Below are positions 1 to 12,957 of a DNA stretch of 64,000 bases, one piece after another. A program made the translations under genes and the position numbers. Positions within the stretch are counted from its first letter, which is position 1, and every line of letters begins with the position of its first letter. The DNA comes from Mustelus asterias (Eukaryota). Under the pieces are notes generated by a model. It made no database searches. It saw only the letters and a list, made by a program, of their open reading frames with translations, and had not been told where the DNA came from. Location: contig NC_135815.1 in assembly GCF_964213995.1 (NCBI RefSeq), positions 49,786,001 through 49,850,000 of the forward strand. The letters run 5' to 3'.

Positions 1-1805
1 TGATGTTCCATAAAATGAATATAAGATTGGTAGCTCTCTATGCCAATTCACAATGTTTACCAGAAGTTAGCATTCCATGTTGCTTACCATGAGGTGTAGC
101 AAAGTTTTAGGTCACATCACACTTACTGACCCTGCATATGCCAGTCTTATGCTGTTTGGCAGCTATAAGTATTCTTGGATTAGTTGGCACAATTCTGCAC
201 TTGTCTTTCTGCTGGCCAAGACGCTAAGGAGACAAATTTCCATTTCAAAATTTGCAGAAATGCTTGATGTCTTGCCCACTTGAGAATTATATTTTTATAA
301 GCAGAAAGCACATTTAAAAAATTTCTGACAAAGATGGTTCCAAATATTTTTATTATTCCTGGATTATGGATGGAAAAATCATCCTGAGTTCCTGTTAGTT
401 TAGTTGTTTTTCAGTGAATTCTGCTGGACGTTATGCGTGTGGGAACATCAGATGACCTTAGGCTGTGATGGCCTCTCAGTTGAATAATCTGACATCATGC
501 ATACTCTTGGTTATGCATGATTAATGGTGTCTTGGGTGAGGTACTAGATCATGCAGGTGAAACCATATCCTTACATGAATTAGCACTTACAAGAGAGAAG
601 AGGAGAAAATTGAAAAATACCATGCTAATTGTGTAAAGAGAATATAAGGAAGTGTCATATACTTTGGTTTTTGGGGAGGAAATAAGAGTCTTATGGAAAA
701 TTTCAATGTTCCCAAACATTGTATAAAAGTGACCTTAAATGTTTTCCAATGAAATAGATTTAAGTAGTCTTGGAATAATTTTGTCCATGGTAATTTGAAG
801 GTAATCATTTTTTGTTTTATTTTGCTGCTTAAATGAATTGACAGTATTTTTAATGAAAAAGTTTTAAGGTCAGTTACTAAACGACTATTTTGCTGTGATG
901 TGATTTAAAGTATACTTAGCTTAATATTTTTCCATTGTTGCATTTGAATTCTATTCAAAGAGCACCCCTCACAACAAATCTGTCTACTCTTTTGATCTGA
1001 CAGTTTTGCTGAATGGAATGTTTTGAATGGAATACTATATCGTAGTATGTGAAAGTAATGCAGTGGTTAACTCCTTTACAGCATGCTGTAGAATATTGGA
1101 TATCAGTAAAATTCATAGTTTTTGTTACATTTAGATTATCTCTATGTTGCTGCTTCTGCTGTTCTTCAATCAGCATTCAAATTAGTCTGCTGACCACAGT
1201 TTGACTGTTAATATTTCAGTTAGTATGCTGCCTGAATACAACCCTCTGACATTTGTAATATAAAAATAGTATTCAATAATAAATAAAGAGATGGGTCATA
1301 TCCAAGTTGAAGATCTACATTAATATGTTTCTCTGCACTGATTTAGAATAAACTATACCTCATCTGCAAGTATCATTTCACAAAACTCAAAAGAATTTCA
1401 AGTATCATGCTACATCAATGTGAACGTTTAATACTTATGAACACACTTAACATAGCAATAATGCCATCAAACTATCTTGTAATGTGGCCTAAGCACACTG
1501 ATTAAAATGTTGATATCTGACTCCTGCAGGCGCAGGTTTGAATATTCCCAGCACCAGCTAACACTAGACCTAAGCTGTCTTGCCTACCTGAATGAATGAG
1601 GTTGTGTAAGGATGAACAAAATAAATAAAATGATACAAAATGTCTTCCTTGTCTGTTTAGTTATATGATCAGAATGTGAATTTACTGTTTATAAAACAGC
1701 AAACCTGTTAATACCCTCAGTCACTATGCAATTATTTTAAAATCTTGAACAGCTGGTAAGAAACACTTAACATTGTATTATGTTTTAACTTGCTTTCCTT
1801 TGGAG

Positions 1806-1820
1806 GCAGGGAATTGTCAA
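1806..1820 (+). CDS. EML6: EML6 15-nt microexon, (R)QGIV(K)
   Basis: tttaacttgctttcctttggag|GCAGGGAATTGTCAA|gtaagt. Phase 2/2; peptide resembles the recalled EML5 linker insert RQGVVRGSR. GAG acceptor is atypical. Confidence 0.72.
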
Positions 1821-3177
1821 GTAAGTATTATGTATGCATATATTAAATAAAAGCACTTGTATTGATGTTATTTTAAAAAATTATCCGTGTAACACTATGT
1901 ATTAGGCATCCCGGTTTTGTCATTAATTATCAGGTGTTTTTGAATTTTTAATGATTCTTAAGGTTAGTGCATAATGTTGTGATCTCCCCAGAGACTTCTA
2001 GCTGATAGCTGAAAAAATGACACAATATTTCACATTCTAAAACTTTTACAGTAACAAATGACCAAAAGTGCCGTTGATTACATGCTATTTTATTTTTTGT
2101 ACACAAGTTGTACCTTAAAATACAGAAAGCAATGTTCCTCTTTATACTTATCACACATTGTACTTTCTAGAGAATTATAGTCCTTATAGCAAATAGACTA
2201 CAATTGCTCTCAGCTTCCATTCCCATATTCCCATTTTATTGAGTAGCAACTTTTAGTGACTGTCTCCAGATGCTTTCATCAGTTTTTGCAGAATTCCTTA
2301 AATCCACCACCAGCAGCAAAGCATATTCCAATTATTCTACTTCTTCCCCCAGCCATGTTAGAATGAATCTGCCAGAATCCATAGATGGCTGCAGGATACA
2401 TTGCTTCACTTAGAGACTGACCCAATCCGACATCTGGCTGTAGTAACTTGCAAAGCCAAGCAGCTTTTTCTCTCTCCTGACGTACAAAACCCCTGCTCTC
2501 TGTCCGAGATATTCATTGATTTGTAGGAAAAGCCTGTAACCTGGTCTAAAAATACTTCCTTTGCCCTCTTCCCACTGGCAATGTGAAACGCATTCACCTT
2601 ACATCCAGGTAAAAAATGCTGATTAGTTATTCTTGCCATCAATTATTTTTTAGCATAGAAGATTGCTTTACTTTGTGCTATAAACAGCATTCTTCTATTT
2701 TACATATTTACTGCTGATCATTTGACAAAAGCTAAGGCCTAAATAAGTAAATACTAGGGGCTGATACAAGTAGCAATTTATCAGAACCATTATTTAACTA
2801 TTCACTATAAATTTGAATATGTAATTAGGCTACCCTTGAACTCATTAAACCAATGGACTTGATATCTTTATAAAGTGCTTTTTATATAAATAAATACGCT
2901 AAGGCACATCACAATCATGGATAACAAAAACAGATCCAAAGTCAGGTAAGGAGATATGAGATTGAGTGACTGAAAGAGTTGAGTCTTGGCCAGGAGGAGA
3001 GAGGTTTGAGATGGCATTCTAAAGAGTGGAACTGAAACAGCTGAAAACTCTGCTTCCAAAGTGGACAAAATAGGAATAAGGTCAGAGTTAGAGAAATGGA
3101 GCAATAAGTAGGGGATGTGGGATTGGACGTGACCACAGAGATACGAATTTGACATGGACATGAAAAGATCTATACAC

Positions 3178-6100
3178 AACATAGGAACAGGAGTAGGCCA
3201 TTTAGCCCCTCGAGTCTGTTCTGTTAATCAATGAGATTATGGATCATCTGTGACCTAACTCCATATATCTGCTTTTGGCCCATATCACTTAAAACCTTTG
3301 TTTAATAAAAAATTATCTACCTCAGATTTAAAGATAGCAACTGATCTGGTATCAATTGCTGTCTGTGGAAGAGAGTTCCAAACCTCTACCACCCTTTGTG
3401 GGTAGAAATGCTTCCTAACATCTCTCCTGAATAGTCTGGCCCTAATTTTTAGACTATGCCCCCTAGTTCTAGAATCTCCATCCAGTGGAAATAGTTTATT
3501 TTTATTTATCCTGCCTTTTCCTGAAGACTTTGATCAGATCACCCCTTAATCTTGTAAATTCTGAAGAAATAAGGCCTAATTTGTATAATCTTTCCTGAAG
3601 TCCAGGTATTATTCTTGTAAACCTATGTTGTACTCCCTCCAACAACAATACATCCTTCTTAAGTTGTGGTGCCCAGATCTGGTCACAGTACTCAAAGGGG
3701 TTCTAACCAGGGTTTTGTATAACTGCAGCATAACTTCTGTGTCCTTATATGCCAGTCCTCTAGATATAAAGGCCAGCATTTCATTAGCCTTCTTGATTAT
3801 TTTCTGCACCTGTCCATGGCATTTTGTAGATCATGCACCTGAACCCCCAAGCCTCTTCGGGTATCCACTGTATTTAATATCATACCATCTAGAAAATGCC
3901 TTGATCTTCTTTGTCCAGAATGGATAACCTAACACTTGCTTACATTGAAATCCATCTGCCAGTTTTGCCCATTCACCTGGTCTATCAATATCCTTTTGTA
4001 ATTTTATGCTATCATTTACACTGTCTACAATGCTGCCTAACTTTGTGTCATCAGCAAATTTAATACATGACTTTCTATGCTATTATCTAAATTGTTAATA
4101 AATAATGTGAATAACTTAGGTCCTTGTGGGATACCACTAATCACATTCTGCTAATTTAAGTACTTATCCATTATCCCTATTTTCTGTGGTCTGTCATTCA
4201 GCCTATTTCCCAGCCATGTCAGCAGTTTGCCTTCAATTCAATTTTCATTGAACAAAATCGTTGCAGAATAAACAACATTCTCAAGCTTTATTGTTGAGTG
4301 TGAATTTTTTACTTGAGCAAATAAGATGTTAACATAAACTTTAAAATGTAAGAGAATTACATGAAGCAAAAACTTGTGGTTGCATTTCCAGGACATAGAA
4401 ACCTAGGGAACTCTGAAAGATTATAGTTAATCTACAACATGCTCCCTTACTTTCCTTAACACCTCTGATGGAAACTGTCAGGTCCTGAGGATTTGACACA
4501 TTTTAGTTCCATTAATTTCCTCATTACCATTGTTTTACTCACGTAAATTTTATTTAGACTCTGTCCCTGATCCATTATAAATTTCCTTGGGACTTCTGGC
4601 AAGCTATCCTCCTTTTCTACTGTAAATACTGAGGCAAAATAATTATTCAACATGTCTGTCATTTCCCCTAAGTCATTGACAATAGCTCCACTTTCAGTCT
4701 TTAGTGGGCCAACATTGCTTCTGACCACCTGCTTTCCCTTCATGTATCCATAAAATATTTTCTTGATTTTGATGTCCCTTGCAAGTTTCCTTTCATAATG
4801 CCTTTGACAAGGTACCAACCACATGGTAGGTTGTTGCATAAAGTTAAATCTCACAGGATCCAGGTTGAGGTATCCAAATGGATACAAAATTGGCTTCTTG
4901 ACAGAAGCCAGAGGGTGGTTGTAGAGGGTTGTTTTTCGAACTGGAGACTTGTGACCACCGGTGTGCCTCAGGGATCAGTGCTGAGTCCACTGTTATTTGT
5001 CATTTATATTAATGATTTGGATGAGGACATAGGAGGCATGGTTAGTAAGTTTGCAGATGACACCAGGATTGGTGGCATAGTGGACAGTGAAGAAAGTTAT
5101 CTCCGATTGTAACGGGATCTTGATCAATTGGGCCAGTGGGCTGACGAATGGCAGATGGAGTTTATTTTAGACAAATGCGAGGTGATACATTTTGGTAGAT
5201 TGAACCAGGGCGGGACTTATTCAGTTAATGGTAGGGCGTTGGGGAGAGTTACAGAACAAAGAGATCTAGGGGTACATGTTCATAGCTCCTTGAAAGTGGA
5301 GTCACAGGTGGACAGAGTGGTGAAGAAGGCATTCGGCATGCTTGGTTTCATTGGTCAGAACATTGAATACAGGAGTTGGGATGTCTTCTTGAAGCTGTAC
5401 AAGACATTGGTAAAGCCTCACTTGGAATACTGTGTGCAGTTCTGGTCACCCTATTATAGAAAGGATATTATTAAACTAGAAAGAGTGCAGAAAAGATTTA
5501 CTAGGATGCTACCGGGACTTGATGGTTTGAGTTATAAGGAGAGGCTGGATAGACTGGGATTTCTTTCTCTGGAGCGTAGGAGGCTGAGGGGTGACCTTAT
5601 AGAGGTCTATAAAATAATGAGGGGCATAGATAGGGTAGATAGTCAATATCTTTTCCCAAAGGTAGGGGCGTCTAAAACTAGAGGGCATAGGTTTAAGGTG
5701 AGAGGGGAGAGATACAAAAGTGTCCAGAGGGGCAATTTTTTCACACACAGGGTGGTGAGTGTCTGGAACAAGCTGCCAGAGGTAGTAGTAGAGGCGGGTA
5801 CAATTTTGTCTTTTAAAAAGCATTTAGATAGTTACATGGATAAGATGGATATAGATGGATATGGGCCAAATGCGGGCAATTGGGATTAGCTCAGGGGTTT
5901 AAAAAAAAATGGACAAGTTGGGCCGAAGTGCCTGTTTCCATGCTGTAAGCCTCTATGACTCATAATCCCTATTTGCAGCTCTTATAAGCAGCTTTGTGGC
6001 CCTTTGCTGGTCTTTGTATCTTTCCCATTCAGCAGTTTCTGTTTTTTGCATTTTTGTAAGCTCTTTCTTTTAGTTTTATGTTGTCCCTTACTCTTTAGTT

Positions 6101-6405
6101 GTCCATGACTGTGTTTTCTGAGTTAAATATTTCTTTAAACATCTTCCATTGTTCTTCAGTTGTTTCACTCATCAGCAGATTTTCCAGTTTACTGTGGACA
6201 GTCTCTGAATCATCGCATTAAAGTTGTCCTTATCGAAATCTAAAATTCTAGTAGCTGATTTGTGCTTTTAGCTTTCAAACACTACATTGAACTTGAGCAT
6301 GTTATGATCATTTGATAAATGTTTATGCACTATTAGGTTACTAATTAAATCCAGCTCATTGTTCATTACTAAATCCAATATTGCTCATCCCCTTGTAGCA
6401 TTCAG
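3178..6405 (-). mobile_element. Degraded CR1 LINE (ORF2 and 3' UTR), interrupted by a younger CR1
   Basis: Minus-strand peptides KKANEMLAFISRG..YKDTEVMLQLYKTLVR and MLNNYFASVFT..KSSGPD; 3' UTR near 3178. Boundaries approximate. Confidence 0.85.
4800..5959 (+). mobile_element. Young 5'-truncated CR1 LINE (RT C-terminus and 3' UTR) with 7-bp TSD
   Basis: GVPQGSVLSPLLF, KFADDT, RRRLRGDLIEVYKI motifs; single stop at 5110-5112; TCATAAT at 4793-4799 and 5960-5966. Confidence 0.95.
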
Positions 6406-7976
6406 GATAAAGATTTCAAAATTAAAGTTGGAAAACCATTGTTGGTCAGAGGTGACTGAGTGTAGGACGAAGGGGACAGAGTTAATAGGTGTGTGGTGGG
6501 AATATGCAACTGTGTTTAAGAAAATCTGAGTTTATCAAACTACAGATAGGGGAACAGCATGAAGTACATTAGAGTACTCAAACCTTAAGGTGATAAAGGC
6601 AGGAAAACCACTGTGGAGCTGAAGTGAGCGATGTTACAAATGTAGAAGTAAATTATCTTTTTGATAGACAGGGTATGGAGTGTAAGCAATGTTACCAATA
6701 ACCTGGCTCATCCTGAGACTGACTGGGAATAGGAGGGGCAACAATGGCAACGAAGCAGTTGTTCAAGTTGAAAATGATTGTATTGGTCTTCCTAAACTGA
6801 AGTTAGAGGAATCATGACTCATGTAAATATTTGATAGTGGACAAGCAGTTAGACAGCACAAACAAAATAAGGGTCAAGAGAAGTTGTGGAAAGATGGAAC
6901 TGCGCATTATTAATATACGTGTGAAAGCTCATCCCAAATGTACAAATAAAAAAAACTTCTTTGCGTGAACTTGTCCACTAGCTAATGTCCCCCTCAAACA
7001 TATTCAACATACTTTCTGCATGCCATTTGTACAGTATCAGTAAGCATTTTGCTATGATCGTCATGGAGGCCAATAACATGAAAATCAAACTTTCCAAATG
7101 ACCACAACAGAAAACCTGATGGATAAGATTTCACTTTTTTAAAACTTATACTGTAACAACCAAACCCAAAATCAACCTAAATTATACATAAACTACAGAT
7201 AAATAATGGTCAATTACAAACTATAAATTACATATTAAATAGCAAATACAACTAAGACAGATCTCTCAAGTTTACTCGGCAGTCCACTCAGCATATATGT
7301 CATCAATCTCAGTTCCAAATTCCTTCAAAACTCTGTTTTCCTCACAAAGAATTCCGGCTCCTCCTCTTCTAGGATTTAGCCTGATCCCCAGCCAACAACA
7401 GTCTTCAACCAACTCATGTTCCATGGGCATGGTCTTCACCAAAATGACACACCTCATTTTGCATTAACTTAACTTCAATTTAATTTTAAATTAGATAACT
7501 ATACCTCAGGAATTGTTACTTTGATTAAATGTACTTGTCACAAAAGAAGCTGCCAGTTGTTTATTCTTGAATATTTTTAAATGGAATGTTATTTAAAGAT
7601 TTGGTATTATTCAACATTTTTCTTTCCAGAAAATGCAAGTACAGTAAGTATCATTAAGTACCTATTATAGAGGGTAAACTGAACATAGTATTCCTGGGAA
7701 GCATTGACAAAGCTTCCTTCTTTTTTTCCTCCTTATTCTATAGGAGCTTAGTACAGAATTTTGCCGGTGATGCCAGGGTATGGGTCTTCTGAATTTGTGG
7801 ACTGGTGCGCTCTGATTTTTGGTTTTATTTGCTGGCATGATTGAGAAGCATGGTTTGTGCCACACAGGAATGTTTATTGAAACTGATGAAAGTGCCTGTG
7901 CATGTATTCAGTTATTTTATACATTTTTCCTAATTATACTAATTCTTTTCACTTGACATTATTTGCTGCTGGCAAG

Positions 7977-7985
7977 GGGATCCAG
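7977..7985 (+). CDS. EML6: EML6 9-nt microexon, (K)GS(R)
   Basis: atttgctgctggcaag|GGGATCCAG|gtaact. Phase 2/2; completes RQGIVKGSRPPVSR with the flanking exons. Confidence 0.75.
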
Positions 7986-8604
7986 GTAACTCACTAATTT
8001 TATTCACAGTTTTTAATAGTTTGTTTCCTGGATATGTTGTGTAACACTGAACTAGCATGTCAGTTGAATTTTCATTTAAAAAGTACCCAGTGTCCTTGTA
8101 GTTGTTTGCATCACTCCTTGGATAAGTATGAAAATTTGTATTCATAAAAAAACAATGTTTGATTTATAAACCACTGTTTATTTATGATTGATGAGAAACA
8201 TGAAAGTGATCTGCATTCACTGAAGCAGACAAAATTAAGTAAGGAACTAATGGAGGTGCTCACAATTTGACAGGGTATACAGGAAAGAATATTTCCACTG
8301 ATTAGTGAATCAGTAATATGCGGACACAAGTTTAGGAGATGGCATGAAAGGGGAGATTAAAAGATCCTGGAGAGAAATGTCCTTACCAGGAAGCTTGCAG
8401 AACAACCAATTAGCAGCTGCACCAGAAGGCCTTGTCTTTTTTAATGGATAGATCTCATTAACATTCCATCACTAGCTACTACTCAAAACAGGTGTCAAGA
8501 AGTAGTTTGCTGACTATGGACCTATAAAGCTTGGCAGCCTGAAGGACACTGAATTGACAGTCAGGTACATCTTCTGAGAGAGCTCAGAAATGAGGAGTGG
8601 TTGG

Positions 8605-9464
8605 TGTTATGGTTCAGGTCAGAAACTCCAAAGTGTTTTATGAAGCCCGCCTGAATCATAAGTTTTGTATCTTGAATTCGGCTAGGATATGCATGATATG
8701 TTCCACTTCAGGTGTGATTCAAAAGACCTACTAGGGAGCTTTTATCAAAGTTTATTTCAGAATATAGTTAACATGTATAGTAAGAAAAGTAGCAAGAACT
8801 TTTATCAATTACAAACAAGAAACAAAACAACCACTATAATATACAACCCTTAACAAATATTCCTAAGATGTTCTAATCAAAACCAAGCTTTCTTTAGACA
8901 AAACCCTTTAAACAGGTTCAACATAGCAAAGTCTAATGCTAACATGATACTGGAAATTGAGTCCTTTGGTTGGAGAATTGAAAACTCTCAGTCTAATACA
9001 CTTAGTCATATGAAGTCAGAAGTTGAAGTCAGAACAGCTTCCCAGAACATCAGGAACTTTAGGCAAACTACTAACAGCAGATTCTTTCCTTCAGGAAGGC
9101 AAAACCTTTAAGATCACCTTCAGAATTTCCAAAATAAAACAGGGAGAGAGAGACTTCTGTTCACCTTGCTATCCCTGTTAAAACCCAGCTGCAGCTCAGA
9201 ACTGAAAAAGAAACCTTAAACTCACTGGGAAAAAACCTGTCCAAAAACACATGGCTGTCTTCTTAACAATGCAGAATTGTAAAACTAATCCCAGAGTAAA
9301 CACAACCCCATTTAAGCCACTAAGTAGCAATAACAGAACTCATCGTAGTCAAACCGGCAACAATTACATCACTAAAGCTGTGAGCTAAGAAACCATTGAA
9401 GCTGTGAGCTGCAGATGTCATGTTTTTTTTAAAAACCTCTCTGAAAAGGCACACTAATATCACA
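8605..9464 (-). mobile_element. Solo LTR, 860 bp
   Basis: TGTTAT...ATCACA termini; 4-bp TSD TTGG (8601-8604, 9465-9468); minus-strand AATAAA at 8751-8756. Confidence 0.7.
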
Positions 9465-11539
9465 TTGGGGATCAGGTAAAGAATAGCAATAGCCCAAATG
9501 TTCTTTGTTGGGCCTAATGGAGCAAAGCTATGTGGCAATGCCATGAACTTATTACCTATAATTTTACAAAAGCAAAATACTGTGGATGCTGCAAATCTAA
9601 AATAAATGTAAATACTGGAACACTGTGAAGCATGAAACAGAGACGACTGGGAAACCTTTTACTTGCGAGGGTGAGGCATGTTTGGTAGCAAGTGAAAAAC
9701 CTAAAAGTCTGAGTTCCCCACATATGACTTTTGGTTGTAAGGCTGTAATGGGTTCTTGCATAGAAGTCAGCCTGACAGACAGATTTGGCTTCTAGTCGGG
9801 CTGGGAGAACTCTGGAGGACTCAACAGGATCAAGTAGGTCTGATCGCTAATCCCAGGTTTGGGGGCATGGAGTCCAAAGGGGGAGGTTCCAATCTCTACT
9901 TCGGGGTGGAAAGGGAGGGGATTTAATGCAATGTGAGCTTGGTTGGAGGGAGGCCAGGTGGAAGCACGCCTGCTCCTCTCGACCCACCTGAACTGCTGTG
10001 AAGGAACCTGCATTCTTCTTGAAGCTGTTCTCTCCTCGCTGCTACTGCTGGATTTGCTGAGGCCTGTAAAACCCATATAACTATGGTTACCCCAGCAAAG
10101 TAGGATAAATCTGAGGCTTCTAAATGAGGTAATTTGAGTAAGCCTGAAGCAAGTATAAGGGTTGTAGTTGCACTGCCTTTGGATCTGCAGTACAACAGGA
10201 AGATGGAACAAAGGCTTGGAGAGGGTAAGCTGTTCATGATGCCCTCTTGCCAAGTTGGAATCCAACTCCTCCATGTTTCTTGACAATGGCAGAGAGCTGT
10301 TTGGCAGGCCAGTCAATGCAACCAGTATCTCAGTGTCCATGCCCATCAGATTTATCTTGCATGTCACCCTATTGGAGGCCTATTTGAGTCATCTGTAGCA
10401 GAAATCATCTTCAACATTGCCCTCCAGTGAGATGGCAAATTAATCATCCTTTGCCCCTTGTTGATCAAGGCTCTGCTGTTTGATCTATTTGGTGAACACA
10501 AACTTACAAAATATCTGGAATTTGTTCAATCAAAATCAATCTTTATTTCATAAAATGCAAGTGACTATTCCTGTTCTAAAGTACCACGATCTATTCCCCA
10601 AAATAAGCAATACTTATCTTCCCGACTAAGATCAGTGAGTCAAGTGTGAGTCACGCTGACCAGGCACTAATGGATCAATTACCAGTGTTGTGGTCTCTGG
10701 GCTCCAAGCTTAGGGTTCTTTTTTTTCTTCTTCTTGCAATGGTTGTTCCCTGGTTGTCTCTTGCCAATGTTCTGTTCGCCAGTATATTTAAAACTTATTT
10801 CTCAAGGGGGTGTGTAACTCAGTACCTACATACCTGCATGTAGCAAGCCAATAAATCTTATAATTTCAACAGACACAATCTCATTATTTCAGTTAATCAG
10901 TGTATCTCTTGGTGTTTATCTCATCAGACAAGGTCTTGTTACTTCAGTTAATTAAGTTATCTTCTGTTGTTGAGCCTGTAGCTTGTACTGCCCATATTTG
11001 ATTAGAGCCACTTGACTCCTCAGAGTTGGCCACTTTTGCCAGCATGCAGTTCAATCTGGTTACAATCCTTCCTTTGATCCATTGTTTATTAATTTGGATT
11101 ACAAATTAATATCAACATGACTTAGTGACCCATCAATCCTCTCATAAAGGTAGCAATAACTAAGAAAACATCATAAATGCAAATACAGCAATGTTTTCAC
11201 TGTAACAACCCATCTATCTCTCATCTTTCCATTATCATTTCCGTTTGATGTTGCCATTGTAGCAATTTGATACAAAGTTAACATCATGACAATAATTACC
11301 ACATAAGAGGACAAATGTATCCATGGGTGAATTTGTACATTATTATCCCAAATATCATCCCACTACGTGGTCTCCTTAATCTCTTGTATTTCATTATTTA
11401 CCTCTTTTGTCTTATAATTATTCTAGTTTTTCATCCAATTTTGGTATATTAGCCAAATAAGTTTCATGGTAAAATTCCATTTTATTCCTTCACTCTTCTG
11501 TTTTTTTATGGCAACCTGTTCTCACCCTAGGTGGACTCT

Positions 11540-12125
11540 GTGATGCTAGACGATACAGTCTCTTTGCAGCATGCCCCAAGATACTGAGAGCTTTCTCCTC
11601 TATAGGGCTCAGGAGACATAGACATTCTTGTCCCCCTGTAATTCTGCCCAGTTCCTTTTTACTGTGTGCAACCTTGTCATTCAAGAGAGAGGGCAGAATG
11701 TCAGGGATTTTGTAACACTGCTTGTATGATGTACCTTACATAGCTGAATAGTTGGAGATATGTGGAAGTGGTGAGTAGTGGGTGTGAGGGTCAGGTGGAA
11801 TAGCTGACTATTAGTCCTGAGTTCCAGAGAATGTTGAAGAGATAAGTGATGTAAAAGTGATGCAATGTTGGTGTAACGGGTCAGAGATATCATGTGAAGA
11901 TACATTCAATGACCTTGGCCATCCACCTGAGTCACTGTTACCAGATCCTCGTGACCAGACATCTCTGGCCATCTTCTCCCATTCCTTGTGAGGCATGTTC
12001 TTGCAAGCCTCCTGACCCTTTCTAGAACTATACCATTCCTCCTCCTGCCCACCTCCACCACTAGTGTCTCCAGCACAGTGTTCAAATACACCGGGTAACG
12101 GGACATTTCTCCCCAAAATTCAATC
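11540..12125 (-). mobile_element. Decayed PIF/Harbinger Myb/SANT-like (ORF2) remnant
   Basis: Fragments LETLVVEVGRRR, WEKMARDV and ELGRITGG..LSPIEEKALSILG in different frames. Confidence 0.55.
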
Positions 12126-12842
12126 ATGGAGGAGTGAACTAGAGAAAAGTCACAGTGCACGGAACTGACAGATGGTTATAAGGAACTTCTTCTCCAATCA
12201 CAGTTTGTTTCTCTCTCTCACTTGCTTATTGATTGGAGGAGGAGTGGAAAGGTTAGCAGTGGTTTTCAACCTGAGGCCTGAGAACCAGAGTAGCAATGTG
12301 AGAGAAGCTGCAGGGCAGGGAAGGCAGTGAGGAAATGGTTGCAGGCAGGGAGATGCAGTGAGAAAGTGGCTATGGCAGGGGGAGGGAGTTAGTGAGAGAG
12401 GTGCTGCGGGATAAGAGGGGAATGCAGTGAAGAAGTGAGTACAAGGGGGGAGAGTTGGCAAGGAACCAGCTGCAGCAGAGGAGATTTAGTGAGGAACCGG
12501 CTGTATAGGGGGAGAGTTGGTGAGGACTGAATTTAAGAAACAGTTCTACACACAATGGGTGGTAGAAGTTTAAAACTGTTCTACAAACAGCAATTGATGC
12601 TAAATCAATATCAGTTAGGGTGATGACTTTTTGGGTGTAGAAGTGTATCAGTTATTATTACAAAAATCTTTTATTGCTAACTTATGTCTATTGTTGTGCC
12701 AATTTAAATATTGTGGTATCTAGGAAATTGATACTTGTGCATTGTGCCTTTAAGTATAAGAAGTATATTTAAGCATGGAGGGGTGATGATTACTGAGGAT
12801 ATTGATGAATTCTGGCAACTCTGCTTGTGGCCGAGTCCAAAT

Positions 12843-12957
12843 GTGCCGGTATTTTATGACCTCGCTCGGGCGAGGCTTGTAAAATCCCACCCGAGGCACA
12901 TGGAGAATTCCGTTCTGCGAGCTGCGCCCGGGGCGGGTGTGGTGGTGAAATTTCCGC
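12843..12957. mobile_element. Short GC-rich MITE related to 20374-20500
   Basis: Shares cccgaggc..ggagaattccgttct..gagc..gggcgggtgtg..gtgaaatt with the 20374 element. Confidence 0.6.

Noticed and set aside
1480-1635. tRNA-like or SINE-like stretch with A-rich tail
   Set aside because: A and B boxes too degenerate and no cloverleaf; cannot call a tRNA.
1748-1762. Possible 3-nt exon aacag|CTG|gtaaga
   Set aside because: No pyrimidine tract and no homology support; likely chance.
5128-5889. 253-aa ORF as a host gene
   Set aside because: It is the C-terminus of CR1 ORF2 within a TSD-flanked truncated copy.
12290-12530. Purine-rich low-complexity tract
   Set aside because: No consistent repeat unit or coding signal; probably part of the adjacent decayed element.
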